Positions 50,114-63,642 of a stretch of DNA of 64,000 nucleotides are shown piece by piece. The notes below the pieces were generated by a model. The model had not been told where the DNA came from. It was given only the letters and a program-made list of their open reading frames with translations, and did no database searches. The stretch lies in contig OZ176055.1 of assembly GCA_964247055.1 (NCBI GenBank), forward strand, positions 930,001 through 994,000. The letters run 5' to 3'. The DNA comes from Paragordius varius (taxonomy: Eukaryota > Animalia > Nematomorpha). The position numbers were made by a program, and so were the translations under genes. The first letter of the stretch is position 1, and each line of letters begins with the position of its first letter.

Positions 50114-52139
50114 TTTGCTATTCTGGATTACGAAGTTTGAAAGTTTTTTAGTTATGTTAAGGAATTTGGTTAGGTGTCAAAAGCATATGAATATTTTGGA
50201 TTAAAAAGATGTAATATTTGTGTCCGGAATTAGTCATATCAACATTCTAAAAAATATTTATCCAAAAAATAAAAAGGAATTAAGATAAAATTTTAAAACA
50301 TACATATTTATGCGTTAAAGATTTTATAAAAAAGGTTTTCAGAAATTATGCAATAAAAATAATGTGTAATGTGTTTAGATTGTAAAGGTAAAAATAATAA
50401 AATAATAGATGGATATTTGTGGAAAAATAGACGAAACTATTAAAATAATTTTTATTAGTATAATTTTATAAAAGGGATATATATTGTATACACATAGTAT
50501 TTATTATTGTTTATTTAGTAAATAATGCTTATTCACGCAATTGTCTACTATTTATAAATGTGTGCATAAAAAGGCGCGCCTTTATTAATTATTATTAATA
50601 TATTTAATAGATGTTTTAACAAAACAAATTTTTTGAGAAAGGTAAAAATAAAATTGTTTAAAAATTTATTAATTAGTAAATTATAATCATTACTATTAAA
50701 CTTTTTAAAGATAATCTTTGCACTGATTTTTTGAAATAATATATATATTTAAAAGAAATTGTATAAATTACCGAGAATAAATTAATAATTTACAAAATTA
50801 TTTACATTAACTAATTTGCATATTTTATAATTTAAATTTATACGGTTATTTTTTTGATTAAATTACAGTTGGTAAGAGTTTTAAGGTTTTAAGTTGGTTA
50901 ATTTGAATATTTTTCTAATGTTCAAGGATTCATACATTCATTAGACATGACATAGAAAGAAAAGCATGGTAAGATGATAACTATAGATTTTCTGTAAATA
51001 GTGTTAATATTACAAATAAAAGGGATTTTTATTGCATCATACTTCTATATGTTTCTTTGTGCAGCCTGATTATACTAGGAATATTTAGTATATTTTTATT
51101 TATAAAATGCAGCACAGAAAAAAATATACAATAAATGTAAAATATATATTCAAGAAAAAATAGGTATAAAACCTAGTTTTGTAAAATATAGCTTTCCCTT
51201 GTTTATTAAGCAAAATTACTTCTGTAATTGTAATAATTTCCAATTAAAATTAGATATTTTTTGTTTAAAAAACAAAACATCATATAATACACCTATATAG
51301 ATTTTTCTCTATTAATTCATCAATTCCGTTTGCGTATATTAAAAAAACGTTTAATTGATAATAAATATATTATGATTTTAGTGATTTTATCAGGAAAAAC
51401 AATTTGAATACATATACTAAAAAGTAAATTGTTATATAAGTAGTATATACAAAGTATAAGATAAAAAACAATGTATAAAAAGTTTTTTCTTAAAAACGTC
51501 TTATATAATTTATATAACTACCAATAAAACAATGCGACAAACTATGTGGCATATTTTTTTAAAAAAAATGCATGGCTATCAAAATAATTCTATTTGTAAA
51601 TATATAATTACAAATTAAGTAATGTAAAAAAAGAAAACTTTCCCTTGTATGTATATATGTACTTAATTTTTTTCGTATATTAACCATGTCTTTTCACAGT
51701 TCCGAGAATTTAATTTATGACATTCTTAAAATTTTTCACATTTTTTTAAAAAAATATATTTTTTATTTATTTATTACAGTTAGGGAAATAACTTGTCGTC
51801 ATTAGATCAATATAGGATATAATTGATATAAAAGATGAATAATAATCGAATACTAATTTAGGCAACGGAATCGGACTTTTATTTAATTAAAATTGAAAAT
51901 TCTACGCTTACTATGGTTACAGTTAATATATATTGTTAGTTTTTTTATTAAATACTAGCATTCGGACTTCTTGGGCGCTATATGAAAAAAGAAATCAACA
52001 AACTTGTGATCCATATATGTGGATCATTTCAAAAAATTATTTAAAAGTTATGAGATCTCATAAGATTTTCAAAACGGTGCTTCATAGAGTTTACAAAACT
52101 GTGCATTCTTACTAATATATTGTTTACTCATGTAAAGGC

Positions 52140-53320
52140 CCCAAATTGACGGCTAACGAAAAAAACCACTATACTATAATTTTTACCTTTTTATCGGTAA
52201 TATTTAAGGCCTTTATTGAACTCCATGGCTTCTTAATTTTTTGAAAAATTAGCTCCAAAACCACGCCATTTTTGTATGGCGTCTAAGTTTTGAACCAGTA
52301 GAACCCTACCCATATATTATCTCAAAAAAGCGCTGAGGTATATTATTTGCCTTCCTAGGGCAAATATTTGGAATCATCTTTGATACCATAGTCTCATGGG
52401 TTATTCGAAAAATATCTAAATAATAAATTATCGTTATATGATGGCGTATTTTTAAGGCATAAAGGCTATAAATTAACGGCTAATAAAAACGCTTGACCTT
52501 AATTTCTACCTAGTTACGGGTATTATTTCAGGCTTTTGATGAGCTCATATGGCTTCATAAGTTTTCTGTAAATTAGCTCCAAAACATCGTAACTTCTATA
52601 TAGTGGCGCAGTTGTTGGCGGGTAGCTCCTTACCCCAGGGCAGGTATAAAAAAGCGTTGGGCAAAAGTTCGCCTTTATTTGGGGAATACCTGGAATTATT
52701 ATTCATTCCATATGTTATTAATAGTTTATGGAAGAATAGCCATAATAATAATATTTTAAGCGCATTTTTTAGGGCGAGGGACTAATTGGTATATTTAAAA
52801 ACCCCTCGACTTAAATTTTTGCCTTTTTACGGGTAATATTTCAGGCCCTTATTTAACTTATGTGGCCTGATAAGTTTGTTGAAAATTAAATCCTAAACAA
52901 CGCAATTTCTATATGGTGGCGCAGTTTTAGGCGGGTTGCTCCATATCCAGAGGCTCATACAAAAAAAGCGCTTGATTAAAATTTTTTGCCTTTTTACGAA
53001 GAATACCTGGAATCATATTTGATTCCATATGCTCTCATTAATTTTCGTAAAAATTGCATCAAAGCTGAAAAATCATTCTATGATGGCGCATTTTAAAAAA
53101 CCACACGACCTAAATTTTTGCCTTGTTACTATTTTAAGTGGCTTGATAGATTTTCTAAAATTTAGCCCCAAAGGCACGCTATTTCGATATGACGGGTAAG
53201 TTTTTAGCGGGTATCTTCTTACCCAGCACCAATATAAAAAAATGCACGACTAAAATTTCTGCCTTTTAACAGGGAACACCTGAATCATCATTGAATTTTT
53301 ACGGTCTCATACCTTGGGAG
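52140..53320. repeat. Four degenerate tandem units of ~280-325 bp
   Basis: Recurring markers in the same order: TTAGCTCCAAAA-like at ~52250, 52573, 52885, 53161 and TGGAATCAT-like at ~52370, 52690, 53008, 53280. Confidence 0.75.
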
Positions 53321-53379
53321 ATAAATAGATTTGAAAAATTATTTTTGTGGACAATTTTTTGGAAAGAATGGCATTTTAC

Positions 53380-53398
53380 GGGGGGGGGGGGGGGGGGG
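53380..53398 (+). repeat. G19 homopolymer
   Basis: Direct reading. A T11G12 run also occurs at ~780-802. Confidence 0.9.
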
Positions 53399-54838
53399 AG
53401 TTGGTAAAAAGAGGGCCTAAATTAAAAAAGCGAGCTGACTATGTCCGGCGCAATCGAAAATACGTAAATAAAAATCATATTTGAAATCAAATGGTCCATA
53501 ATGTTCTTCGGAAAATTGCCTCAAAGACACGATTTTTTGGACTTCAGTTTTCAAAAAAAAACCCGTTTTTTACACGGGATGGGGGCCTAATTAAAAAAAA
53601 AGGGGCATATTGTCGGGGTAATTATTAATGATTATATTTTTTGAATTTTTGGATTTAAAGGGGTTTACCGGTTTTCCGGAAACAGATCATGCCATATCTT
53701 TCCATTTTTTTAAATATATAGATTTCCAAATAGCGTATACAACAAAGTGAGTTATTATTGGCTAATAATAGTAAAAAGCCAAAAAAATAACTATAAACCA
53801 TTATTAATTCACTTTGTTTTATATACTCACTGGCAATAATTAATGAAAAATTAACAAAGTATTCTTACTATCATACTGTATTCTGATAATGGATATATTA
53901 TATAAGATTTTTGAAGCGGTCGGTATCCAAATGAAAGAAGATTTTTGGCCTGTAGAATTGAATACAAATCCTATTGTCATACCATTTGAATACTTTTTGC
54001 TCAGTAAAACTTTTTAGGGATTTGTTTTAAACCAGCACCAGAATTTAACCTTAATGATATGATTTATGTTTCCCTCTTTTTTTATTTAAAAATCATCAAC
54101 AATTTCCTCCTTTCTATCTCAATTTAAATATTTTAAAGGGTTATATTTACATATAATTTGTACGAATAATCAATTAAAGATCAAATTTTTTAAAAAAGTT
54201 ATAATTTACGCATAAATGAATTGGTTGAGCCCAAAATCAAATATAAATAGATGACATTTACGGAAAACAACACATTCGACGTTAATTAATGACTAAACCC
54301 CAGAGCTTCCATGATCTAAGATTGGTATTTAAATTAATCATAAAAAAATTTGAATTATGGGTTTATATGTATATATTTGATAAACAATGGGAACATTAGA
54401 TAAAATATGATAAAATACCAGAATATTTTAACAAACAGAGACTCCTTCAAAAAATTCTTATCTTGCTACTCAGATTTTTCAGCCATAGGATTTGAGAGCG
54501 GATAACATTGAAGAAACCATGTTACCTCCGGTTGAAGGGGCTAGAAAATTTTAAAGGCCTAAAAGCTACGATATTTAGAGCAGATAAAAAAATTACAGCA
54601 TAATCAAATCAACAACTCGCACAGATATCTATCAACCAAAAGCTGTCGTCCAAGCTATCTCAACCGCCCATGAGCTTATATCCAAACTAAGGAATATCCA
54701 TCATCGTCATAAAAAAGAAATCGTATAAATTTTTGCAATTTAATTGATCATTAAAATTTGGATATTATGATGATGGACCTTATGGGTGTGATAAAAAAAG
54801 TTTTTCAAAAAAACAAGGGGATATTATGGATATGTCTA

Positions 54839-56347
54839 TGTTATGCAAATCTGAAAGATATACTTTATTTTTATATCATAATTTTCTGTTACATGCAAAT
54901 GTGAAATACATACCTTGGTTATATATCATAACTTTCACCCTTATTTGAATTGTATTATTTTCTATATTTTTTGTGTAATATGTAAATAATATAACCTTTG
55001 TTACTTGAAATTTTATTGATATAATGCAAATTATGTACAACTAAATTTACTATATAAACTCTAAAAAAACCTAATAAAAAATTCAGTTCATTTTCACAAT
55101 TCTGGTATTATCTCTTATCTTAAAAGATAACATTGGTGGCAATTCGAGTACCGAACTAATCTAACAACTAATCTAACACAACAGCGGAACCTCCGGGTTC
55201 CAAACTCGGATGGTGGAGTTAGAGTCCAAAGTGCAACAACCATGACAATGTCAATTGCCAATATTACCAGCATGTCCAGTAAAAAATTTAATGATAATAC
55301 CAATTAGAACAATGGTAATAATTTTTCGATCACAACAATCAACCTCTGACACATTCGCGCAAGGGTTATGGGAGTGTTCATGGGCCAAACAAATGTCCCG
55401 CCTGCAACCGCAATTGCAAATGCGGAAAACCCAACCACTTCGCTAATGTAGATCAAACTGCCAAAAAAATGTTCAACCGCCATTGCACTGAAAGCGAACG
55501 GGCTAAGAATCTATAGCGACTTTGGAATCTTTATCAACAAATGGCTGGGGAGGACTCCCACATCATTCAACATTTGATGGATGGGTAAGTAAGATTGGCG
55601 CGGACAAGCTTGTAATAAGATTGATCGGTAAGACGCCTACCTCCCCAGGCCGAGTTAAAGCTACACCCTCGACGATTTCAACGCTAAGAAGATGTTCCGG
55701 TTACAAAAGGACACTGTTTAGATTCGTTACAGCGCCCATAGTATATCAGTGCGCCTGGACCAGTTTCAAAGGAATGGTCTAGGGTGGCAGGCAGAGATCA
55801 AAGGAAACACGTCGACACACATAACATAGAATGTTATCTTTCAAACTAAGATTCGTCGACACACCCACGATACCGGTCACTTAAATAATAGTAATGACAA
55901 TGATAATGATACAATAAATGATAATAATAATAAGGAAAGTAGTAATGATAACATTAATAGCAATAATGACAATATCAAGGTAAATCTGCACGAGCGTCGT
56001 TACCCCGAGAGAATTCGGCGGAAGCCGGTCCGGTTCTCTTAAGGGGGAAGTGATGTTATGCAAATCTGAAAGATATACTTTATTTTTATATCATAATTTT
56101 CTGTTACATGCAAATGTGAAATACATACCTTGGTTATATATCATAACTTTCACCCTTATTTGAATTGTATTATTTTCTATATTTTTTGTGTAATATGTAA
56201 ATAATATAATCTTTGTTACTTGAAATTTTATTGATATAATGCAAATTATGTACAACTAAATTTACTATATAAACTCTAAAAAAACCTAATAAAAAATTCA
56301 GTTCATTTTCACAATTCTGGTATTATCTCTTATCTTAAAAGATAACA
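54839..56347 (+). mobile_element. Non-autonomous miniature LTR retrotransposon (TRIM-like, Gypsy-derived)
   Basis: Two 294-bp TG...CA LTRs (54839-55132, 56054-56347) with one mismatch seen. 5-bp TSD GTCTA on both sides, PBS-like TGGTGGCA after LTR1, PPT AAGGGGGAAG before LTR2. The 921-bp interior holds a gag zinc-knuckle remnant and a pol-tail remnant. Confidence 0.93.
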
Positions 56348-56989
56348 GTCTACAAACAACAGGCTTGTTCTCCTAAAATAATATGTTGGGGGAAAACTTA
56401 TTCCCTAGAACTGATACATTTCAAAGCGATTTTTCGCCCAAGTTATGACGCTATATCAGATCAATAGTGGTTTAAGGTGTTCTCAGTATAAGAGAAAATT
56501 TTTTAGCCAAGCGCCTTATTAAATGCTTACGTATGGTACACCCTCTTAAAATACGCACCCATATAAATTATCTAGTGAAAAAGATGTTTCGGAAAATGTA
56601 TGCGATTACATAGGTTAAATTATGGTTTTAGGTTATTTTTTTGGCAGACAAATTTGTTAATCCAGCGCTTTTTAAATTAGTCCAAGATAGGGCCCCAGCC
56701 ACTTTAAAAAATCATGGCTGCTTTCTCTAATGACACTAAATTAATTGTACGAATAAAAATTAGGCACAAGCGATAGCAAAGGATTTTCCAGGGCACAGGT
56801 AAATTTCAAAAGATTTTCCAAAGTCATAATTTCCATGTAATAATATTATTTACTCCCCTAATCATGAAAGTGAGTGATAGATCTTTTTTTCTCCATCGAA
56901 TTGTATAGTAAAAGCATTTATATATTAACTGTTTTCAAAATTGGAGGTAATAAAAATTAACCTGATAAAATACATATATTTTGATATAA

Positions 56990-57970
56990 TATGTATTAGG
57001 ATTATCAGAGTGCTCTTGGTTTTAGCCCTTACGAAAAATATAAGAAAGTTATTTACATTTTTGTGATAAGTGCTCCATATCAGAAAATGGCAAAATTTAC
57101 GCACATTATTTAAGTTAGATTTTTTTGGTGAGAGCCAAATCTTCATTCCAAAAATTTTACCAAAATAAAAAACTGCCAAAAAAGTAAAAAAATAATAGAT
57201 ATGCTCCGAAATTCCCGAATTTTTTCGCTCATCTAAAATGAGCTAGTTCTTTTAAAATCATATTATATTAGGATTGTGCGGTAAAAATTTTAAATATTTT
57301 ATTTCTAGCTGTTGCGTTATACTTAAAAGCATGATGGAAACGGTATATAAACGCTTTCAGATATTTTGAAAACACTTCTTCTATATAATTTGATGATAAA
57401 AGTCTAATTATTTTACATTAATTTGAAGACGAACCAATGTATTAATCCAAATTCTGAGGTGATGGAATGATCAGCATCATTAAATTATATTTTAAAAGTT
57501 AAACTTAAAGCGTTTATCACGCTTCCATTATGCCTTAAACTAGTATGAAGTACGCTTCAACAAAAGTTTGCAAAAAATTAAATTTTTGAAAAAAGTATGC
57601 ATTATTAAATAATAATTTTAGTTGATATCAAAAATTTAGTATACATTTAAAATTTTTCGCGCGCAATCTCGGCATTTTTTGAATTACTTTAGGAGAACTA
57701 ACCCATTTTGAAAGGTTAAAAAATTTGGGACTTTTGGAGCCCACATCTAAAAATTAAAATATTATTAAAATATGTAATTTTTATATGTATTTTATATATA
57801 TATTATTGATTTGATAAAGCAAACTTTCTCAAAAAAAAAATTGTTTAGCAAATATGCGGGCGCAAATTTTGCCATTCTCTTTTATGGAGCAGTTATCACA
57901 CAAATGTTAATAACTTTCTTATATCACTCGTAGGGCCAAAACCAAAAGCACCATGATAATCCTGACATCG
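56990..57970. repeat. Inverted pair of a ~150-190-bp dispersed repeat
   Basis: GCTCTTGGTTTTAGCCCTTACG...AAGAAAGTTATT...GCTCCATATCAGAAAATGGC at ~57005-57095, with its reverse complement at ~57870-57960. Direct copies at ~61065-61150 and ~61610-61695; a partial at 1-30. Confidence 0.75.
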
Positions 57971-58808
57971 ATGATGCAGAACAATTAACTCAGAATCTGT
58001 ATATAAAGCTTCGTTTGCTTTTATATTTGGATGAATATTTATAACAAAAACAATTATTATTTAACATATATTTGAATCTCGAGGAATAAATTTAGTCAAC
58101 ATGGCATGTGTGCATTAGCTATATAAAAATAATGCAATATAAACCTCTTTTACTGTTTATATTAATGTTAGTGCGTAATTTATAAGTAGTTTGATGTGGA
58201 ACTTTTTTTTCAAAACTAAATTTTATTTAGATATTTTGGATTATATAATATTTATTAGGATAGAAGCATAAATTTAAATTGGAATCGTTTTTTTCTGTAG
58301 TTTTTAAAAATATCAACTTAAATATGATCTCGGATCTTAAAATACCCCATTTCGTGTTGAAGTGTTAAAACAATGGAATGTGTTTTTCTGTTAAACAAAA
58401 TCGGAAAACTTTCGTTAATTAATCTCTAAATGCCATTTTCTTTTTAGAAATCTATTGATATTAGCTCATTTGTTTTGAATCATTAAAAAGTTTTATATTT
58501 TTTTATCTACGAGGAATCGTTAAAACCAACACAATAACCCTGACTCTTTAGATATGTTAATGTTCATCACTTAAATTACCTTTTTTCAAAATAACAATGT
58601 TATTAACTTTTTTAAAACATTCCATTTCTAAAATCTGAAAATGTGGTCAAATACTTAACAGTCTGTTTGATCATAATAATAAGGAGCCAGATTCATGTTT
58701 TTTAAAACAAATCAACTAAAAAAACCATAAATAACTGTAAGGTCAGAATTTCGAATAATTCAAATATATTTACTTTTAGTTTGGTATAATGAGAAAAAAG
58801 GTTTAAAT

Positions 58809-60008
58809 CAGCGATACTCAAAAATTTTGACGGGCCAAATAAAATATATTTTTTTTGAGAGCCATGAACCTTATAATTGCAAATATTCTGTAGCTATTTG
58901 ACACATATGCACATATTTATACTCTAAATCAGCTAAATTTTTGCATATGGCATGTAACAGCTAAAAACTCCTTTTGCCATTTAGTTTAAAAAAATAATAT
59001 TGACAACAATTATTTTGACATTTTTTGATATTTCTTTATCCTTGAAATCTGACCATCTTATTAAATAAAAATGAATAATTGTCTATTATTAAATTAATCT
59101 CCGCGGTAACTTCCATATTTTCTTCATGAATCGTTTTAAGTGTTGGAAAATATCTGGGAAAATGCTATGGACATGAGCACATTTTTTTCCTCCAAATTGG
59201 AATTATTTTAATCTACGAATTCTTAAATGATATGCACTGCAACCGAAATTCTCAAGTTGCTTAATAATGGCAATATTCATGTGCCAAGACTTTCAACGAG
59301 ATTTTTCTTTCTGGTATAATTCCTTATTTTTATATTTTTTCGTTTCTTTCCTCTTCTGGTGATGGATTGTAAAATATATTTCACATTTTTTATAATTATG
59401 TTGTCTTTACATATATGGCAGGCAACAACATTTTTATTTAAAACGACAAAGAATTTTTCTTCCATTCTTTTTTTAAAAAACGATTTTCATCGGATAATTT
59501 ACGTTTTTTAGCATTAGATGTCATCCTTTGAATTTATGTTTAAATATTATAAAAAAAATTTCAAAAAAATAGAAATATAATTCGAATTATGCTACAAAAA
59601 AACAGGTCGAAATATGTTGATTTAAAAAATATTTTATGGGAATGAGTTATGTAAAATGATGCAGGATAGCAAAATAATGTGTATGTGCAAGTTTGGGTGA
59701 AAGGCTTGCTTAAATACAAAAAAAGAATGCAATTAAAATTTTAAAATAGAAAAGAAAATAGAATACAGAAACAGAGACAACGTACGCCAAAATTTTGAAA
59801 TCATTTTAATGTAGGGAAATTTTTCTATTCAAACTGGGTAAAAAATAAAAATGACCAAAATTAAATCTAAAGAAATTAATTTATATTAAAATTAGCGATT
59901 CGTTTATGTTTATTTAAAAAATTCATCAATAAAAAAAATAATTTAAAGATCAATATGGTCATAGGGCACTTTTAAAGCACTCTTAGGGCCGCATGCGGCC
60001 CGCGGGCC
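58809..60008 (-). mobile_element. Second, internally deleted copy of the Charlie/SPIN-like hAT
   Basis: Reverse-complement similarity to 21522-23501 (TGCGGCC.TAAGAGTGCTTTAAAA.TGCCCTAT; CTTGGCA.ATG.AT..CCATTATTAAGCAACTTGA). Retains the N-terminal 'WEEKFFVVLNKNVVACHICK' segment. Confidence 0.8.
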
Positions 60009-61542
60009 GTGATCTTTTAGTTTTTACGTTTTTTCTTATCACATATTTTTAGTTTTTACAGGTATATTTGTTAGTAGTTGGGAACCCCTTGAAATAACTT
60101 ACATCATCCATATCCCCAACCGCCAATTCACAACATTATTCCGAGGATGGCTCTAATTTGATCGATAACCGTTAATTGCCAATTGGAGAAAGGGTTTCCT
60201 CACTCGAATAAACTAAATATTTGACCAACAACAGTTTTATCTCTCAAAGTCGAGAAGAAATCCAACACCGCTCAAGAGACAGGTTTCGCCCTTCCCTCAA
60301 CTGCTTACAAACGATGCATATCATGATAAAACACAACATTAAAAGAAATTTATTACGAAAACCCTGATAGTCACCACATTTCTTCCAATCATTGTGACGC
60401 AGAACAATTTAAAAATTAAGAAATAATCAGGAGCGTGCGATCGATAATTTGAATTTGCTTTAAAAATACAACCAAAAAGAAAACAGAAAGCGAAACGGCA
60501 AACGCATCCTCAAGCCTAACTTCACAACTTTTATTAACGCTTTGCGATGGTATGTTGTATTTTTTAGACTTATTAATTAAGATACCAGCTAAATTATTTA
60601 TTAAAATAGTAAATTTATAATAGTATATCTGAATGCAACTAGCTTCGAGTCACAAAAAAATAATTACGGCTAAATATCAATTACTAGATAACTCCATTCG
60701 TCGAATCAAAACAGTTGTGGTTTGATTTTAGCGTTAGTTTTAAATTTATTTTGATAAATAATCAATATATACTTGTGGAATAAAACATATTTGGCATATA
60801 AATATGAAAACGATGTGGATGATTTATATTCTATATCTATATAATAGATATTGAAACGACGATCTTCCTAACTTCAGTAAAAGCCATCTAGATTCACCTA
60901 TCAACTAACTGATACAGAAATTTGAAATTAAGTTATATAGAATAGGCAAAGTTAAAAAAATTATTTAAAATTATATAGCGTTGCTTAGTCCATATACACT
61001 GCGTCTAAAACCGGGCAGGGGGATATAAAAAATATATATTCTGATAATATCTATCAGGATTGTCATAGTGCTTTTAATTTTGGCCCTTACGCATTATAAT
61101 AAGAAAGTTATTTTCACTTTTATAGTAACTGCTCCATATCAGAAAATGGCGAAATTATCGCACTCTTTTTTTAAATTTATTTGATAAAGTAAGGCTTTAT
61201 TCCAAAAATATCACAAATCGTTTTTGGAATTCGTTAAATTTAACCTATACATCTTTAAAAACAGTAGTTTGTATGCTACATTAAGCTCCGGGTAAAAACA
61301 AACCAAAAATGTAATCGCATAAAAATAATAAAATGCAATGAAGTGTCGAATTCCAAAATATAACTTTTGATAATTTTACAAAAACAAAACATTGGAATCG
61401 CCTTTATTCCGAAAAATTTGCCAACATTAATAGTTGAAAGCTACATTTTTTTGTTTATGCGACAAATTAAATTTTTTAAAAGTAGTAACTTATTTAAAAA
61501 TATTCTTCTTTTGGTTTTTATTTCTCTTTTAATTTTGAATGC

Positions 61543-61581
<39 letters not shown>

Positions 61582-63642
61582 ACAAAAAATTATCCTGATA
61601 AATATATTATGGCTCTCTTGGTTTTGTCACTTACAAGTGATTTAAGAAAGTTATTTATGCTTTTGTGGTAAGCGTTCCATATCAGAAAATGACAAAATTT
61701 GCCCAAATTTTTAAATAAAATATTTTTGGTAAAAGCTAAATGCATATTCTAAAATTCAGTTCATATGTGGAATCCATTACTGAATATAATATAAGTATAA
61801 AGAAAAATCGTTTTAAAGACACGATTTTTGGGATTTTCTAATTTAAAACAACCTCTTTTATACACGATAGAGGGCTTAACTGAAGGACCATTTAAGAAAG
61901 GAAACCTCTATACTAGAGTCAGTGCTTGCTTACTCTTCAATATATATTTTCAAAATTGATTGTCCTACGTTCCAGAATATCTTAAGAATACATTCTGCAT
62001 TAATATTAATATATGGATTATGCATAAATTAATATATTTTGCATATTAAAAAGTATTTAATTGATGGTTTAGTTTGTATTATACTATATGGAGTAGCAAT
62101 TGGCATCTCTAGGTCCAGTTAAAAGTATTTTAACTGCAATTTCTACTAAAAAAAATTTATTTTAACTAGCCCTACCGCGGTACTACAGATATAACAAGTT
62201 AATAAATATAAATCATGCATTTATCCTTTGAGGCAAATCAATGGAGTTCAATCGGTCTTAAAAATTGATTTAAAATTTTTTGGACGATAGATGTCATCTT
62301 ACGTGACAAATTAGATTCTTAATTCAAAATTCTAATCTGACAAAGAGGTTTTTTCCTCGAATACATAGATTATATATTTTAAGTCTGGAAAATGTATTCA
62401 AATTTATGTTAAAATCATCATATACGGGTTAAGTGAGATATATATATCGTTATACGGTAATAGTTTCAAAATTAACTCAGGAGTAAAGTATGTATTTTAA
62501 ACCAACATTTCAGCTCCCCTGTGCTCATTATTATATTAAGGACTTTGGCAAATTTTGAAACCTCCGTAAAAGATACAATTTTTTATTCTGCAAACAGTGA
62601 TATATTTAGCAAACCCATATTGGGTATTTAATACAAAATTGAATAAACACTTTTCTAGATAATTTGCCATAAAGACAATCTGGTCATTTTATATGTGTTA
62701 AATTGAAATTTAGCTGTTAAATTTTTTTAGGCCTGAATAGTAGAGTAATTTAAAATTATAAATACAAGAAATAAATTTATAAAAAACCACATTTTGGCCT
62801 TGATTTTTCGTACATATTTATCTTTTAGGGTTATATATATATTAAACAATCGTAAAAATATAGGTTTTGAATGAAACAACCAAGGATTATATCATACAGT
62901 TTTACTTAGCGAAAAAATATTATTCTTTACTTTAATGTTTTATTTTAATAAATTTGCCGTAAATTTTGGTTTTTAAAGATTTACCCTAAATATATTGTTT
63001 ACCCCAAACACCAAATAATGCGATATTATCTTAAATAACCGAATGCTTTTAAAAATAGTGAAATGCAGGATGATAGAATCATTGATTTTATTTTGGGAAA
63101 TTGGATAATATAGTTTGAAAAAATGCATAATACTAAGGACAAAATTAAATTGTATGTGTATATAAAATGTTTGTCATCATATCTATAAATTATAGATTAT
63201 ATGTGGAATACAAATGATATAATTGGTGATATTATAAAACGAAAAGTCAATAAGATAAAAAATCCCAGTTTCATAATAAACAAAAATTAATACATATGTT
63301 GGATATATATTACAGTAAAAATTCAAAATATACTGACAAAAATTAAAAGCTAAAAGATTATATTTTTTATAGACGACAATATTTTTTAACCTTTATTTTT
63401 TTAAAATATATGTCCTATAGTTTAAGGTTGCTAAATAAGGAATCGAAATGCGCGGTAACGCTCTCAATTATACATTTCACAATTAAAATCAATCCGGTCG
63501 TATATAACATATCAAGGTTCAATTGTTTTTTTATCAAAAAAAAATATAATCCCTTAAGTTTTTACGTTTTGTCTTTATGTTTTAATTTTTACTGTATATA
63601 ATTTACAACAAATGTACTATATTATAAGTGTGAGAGTGAGTA

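Noticed and set aside
53890-54730. Weakly coding-like DNA left of the LTR element (possible transposase remnant)
   Set aside because: All frames are broken and no diagnostic motif was recognisable.
55522-55782. 86-aa ORF inside the miniature LTR element
   Set aside because: TTG start and no recognisable protease, RT or integrase motif. Treated as element debris.
1221-63601. The many 60-110-aa Ile/Phe/Lys/Asn-rich ORFs in the track
   Set aside because: Expected by chance in very AT-rich intronic or MITE DNA, and many use non-ATG starts. Only those overlapping reconstructed exons were used.
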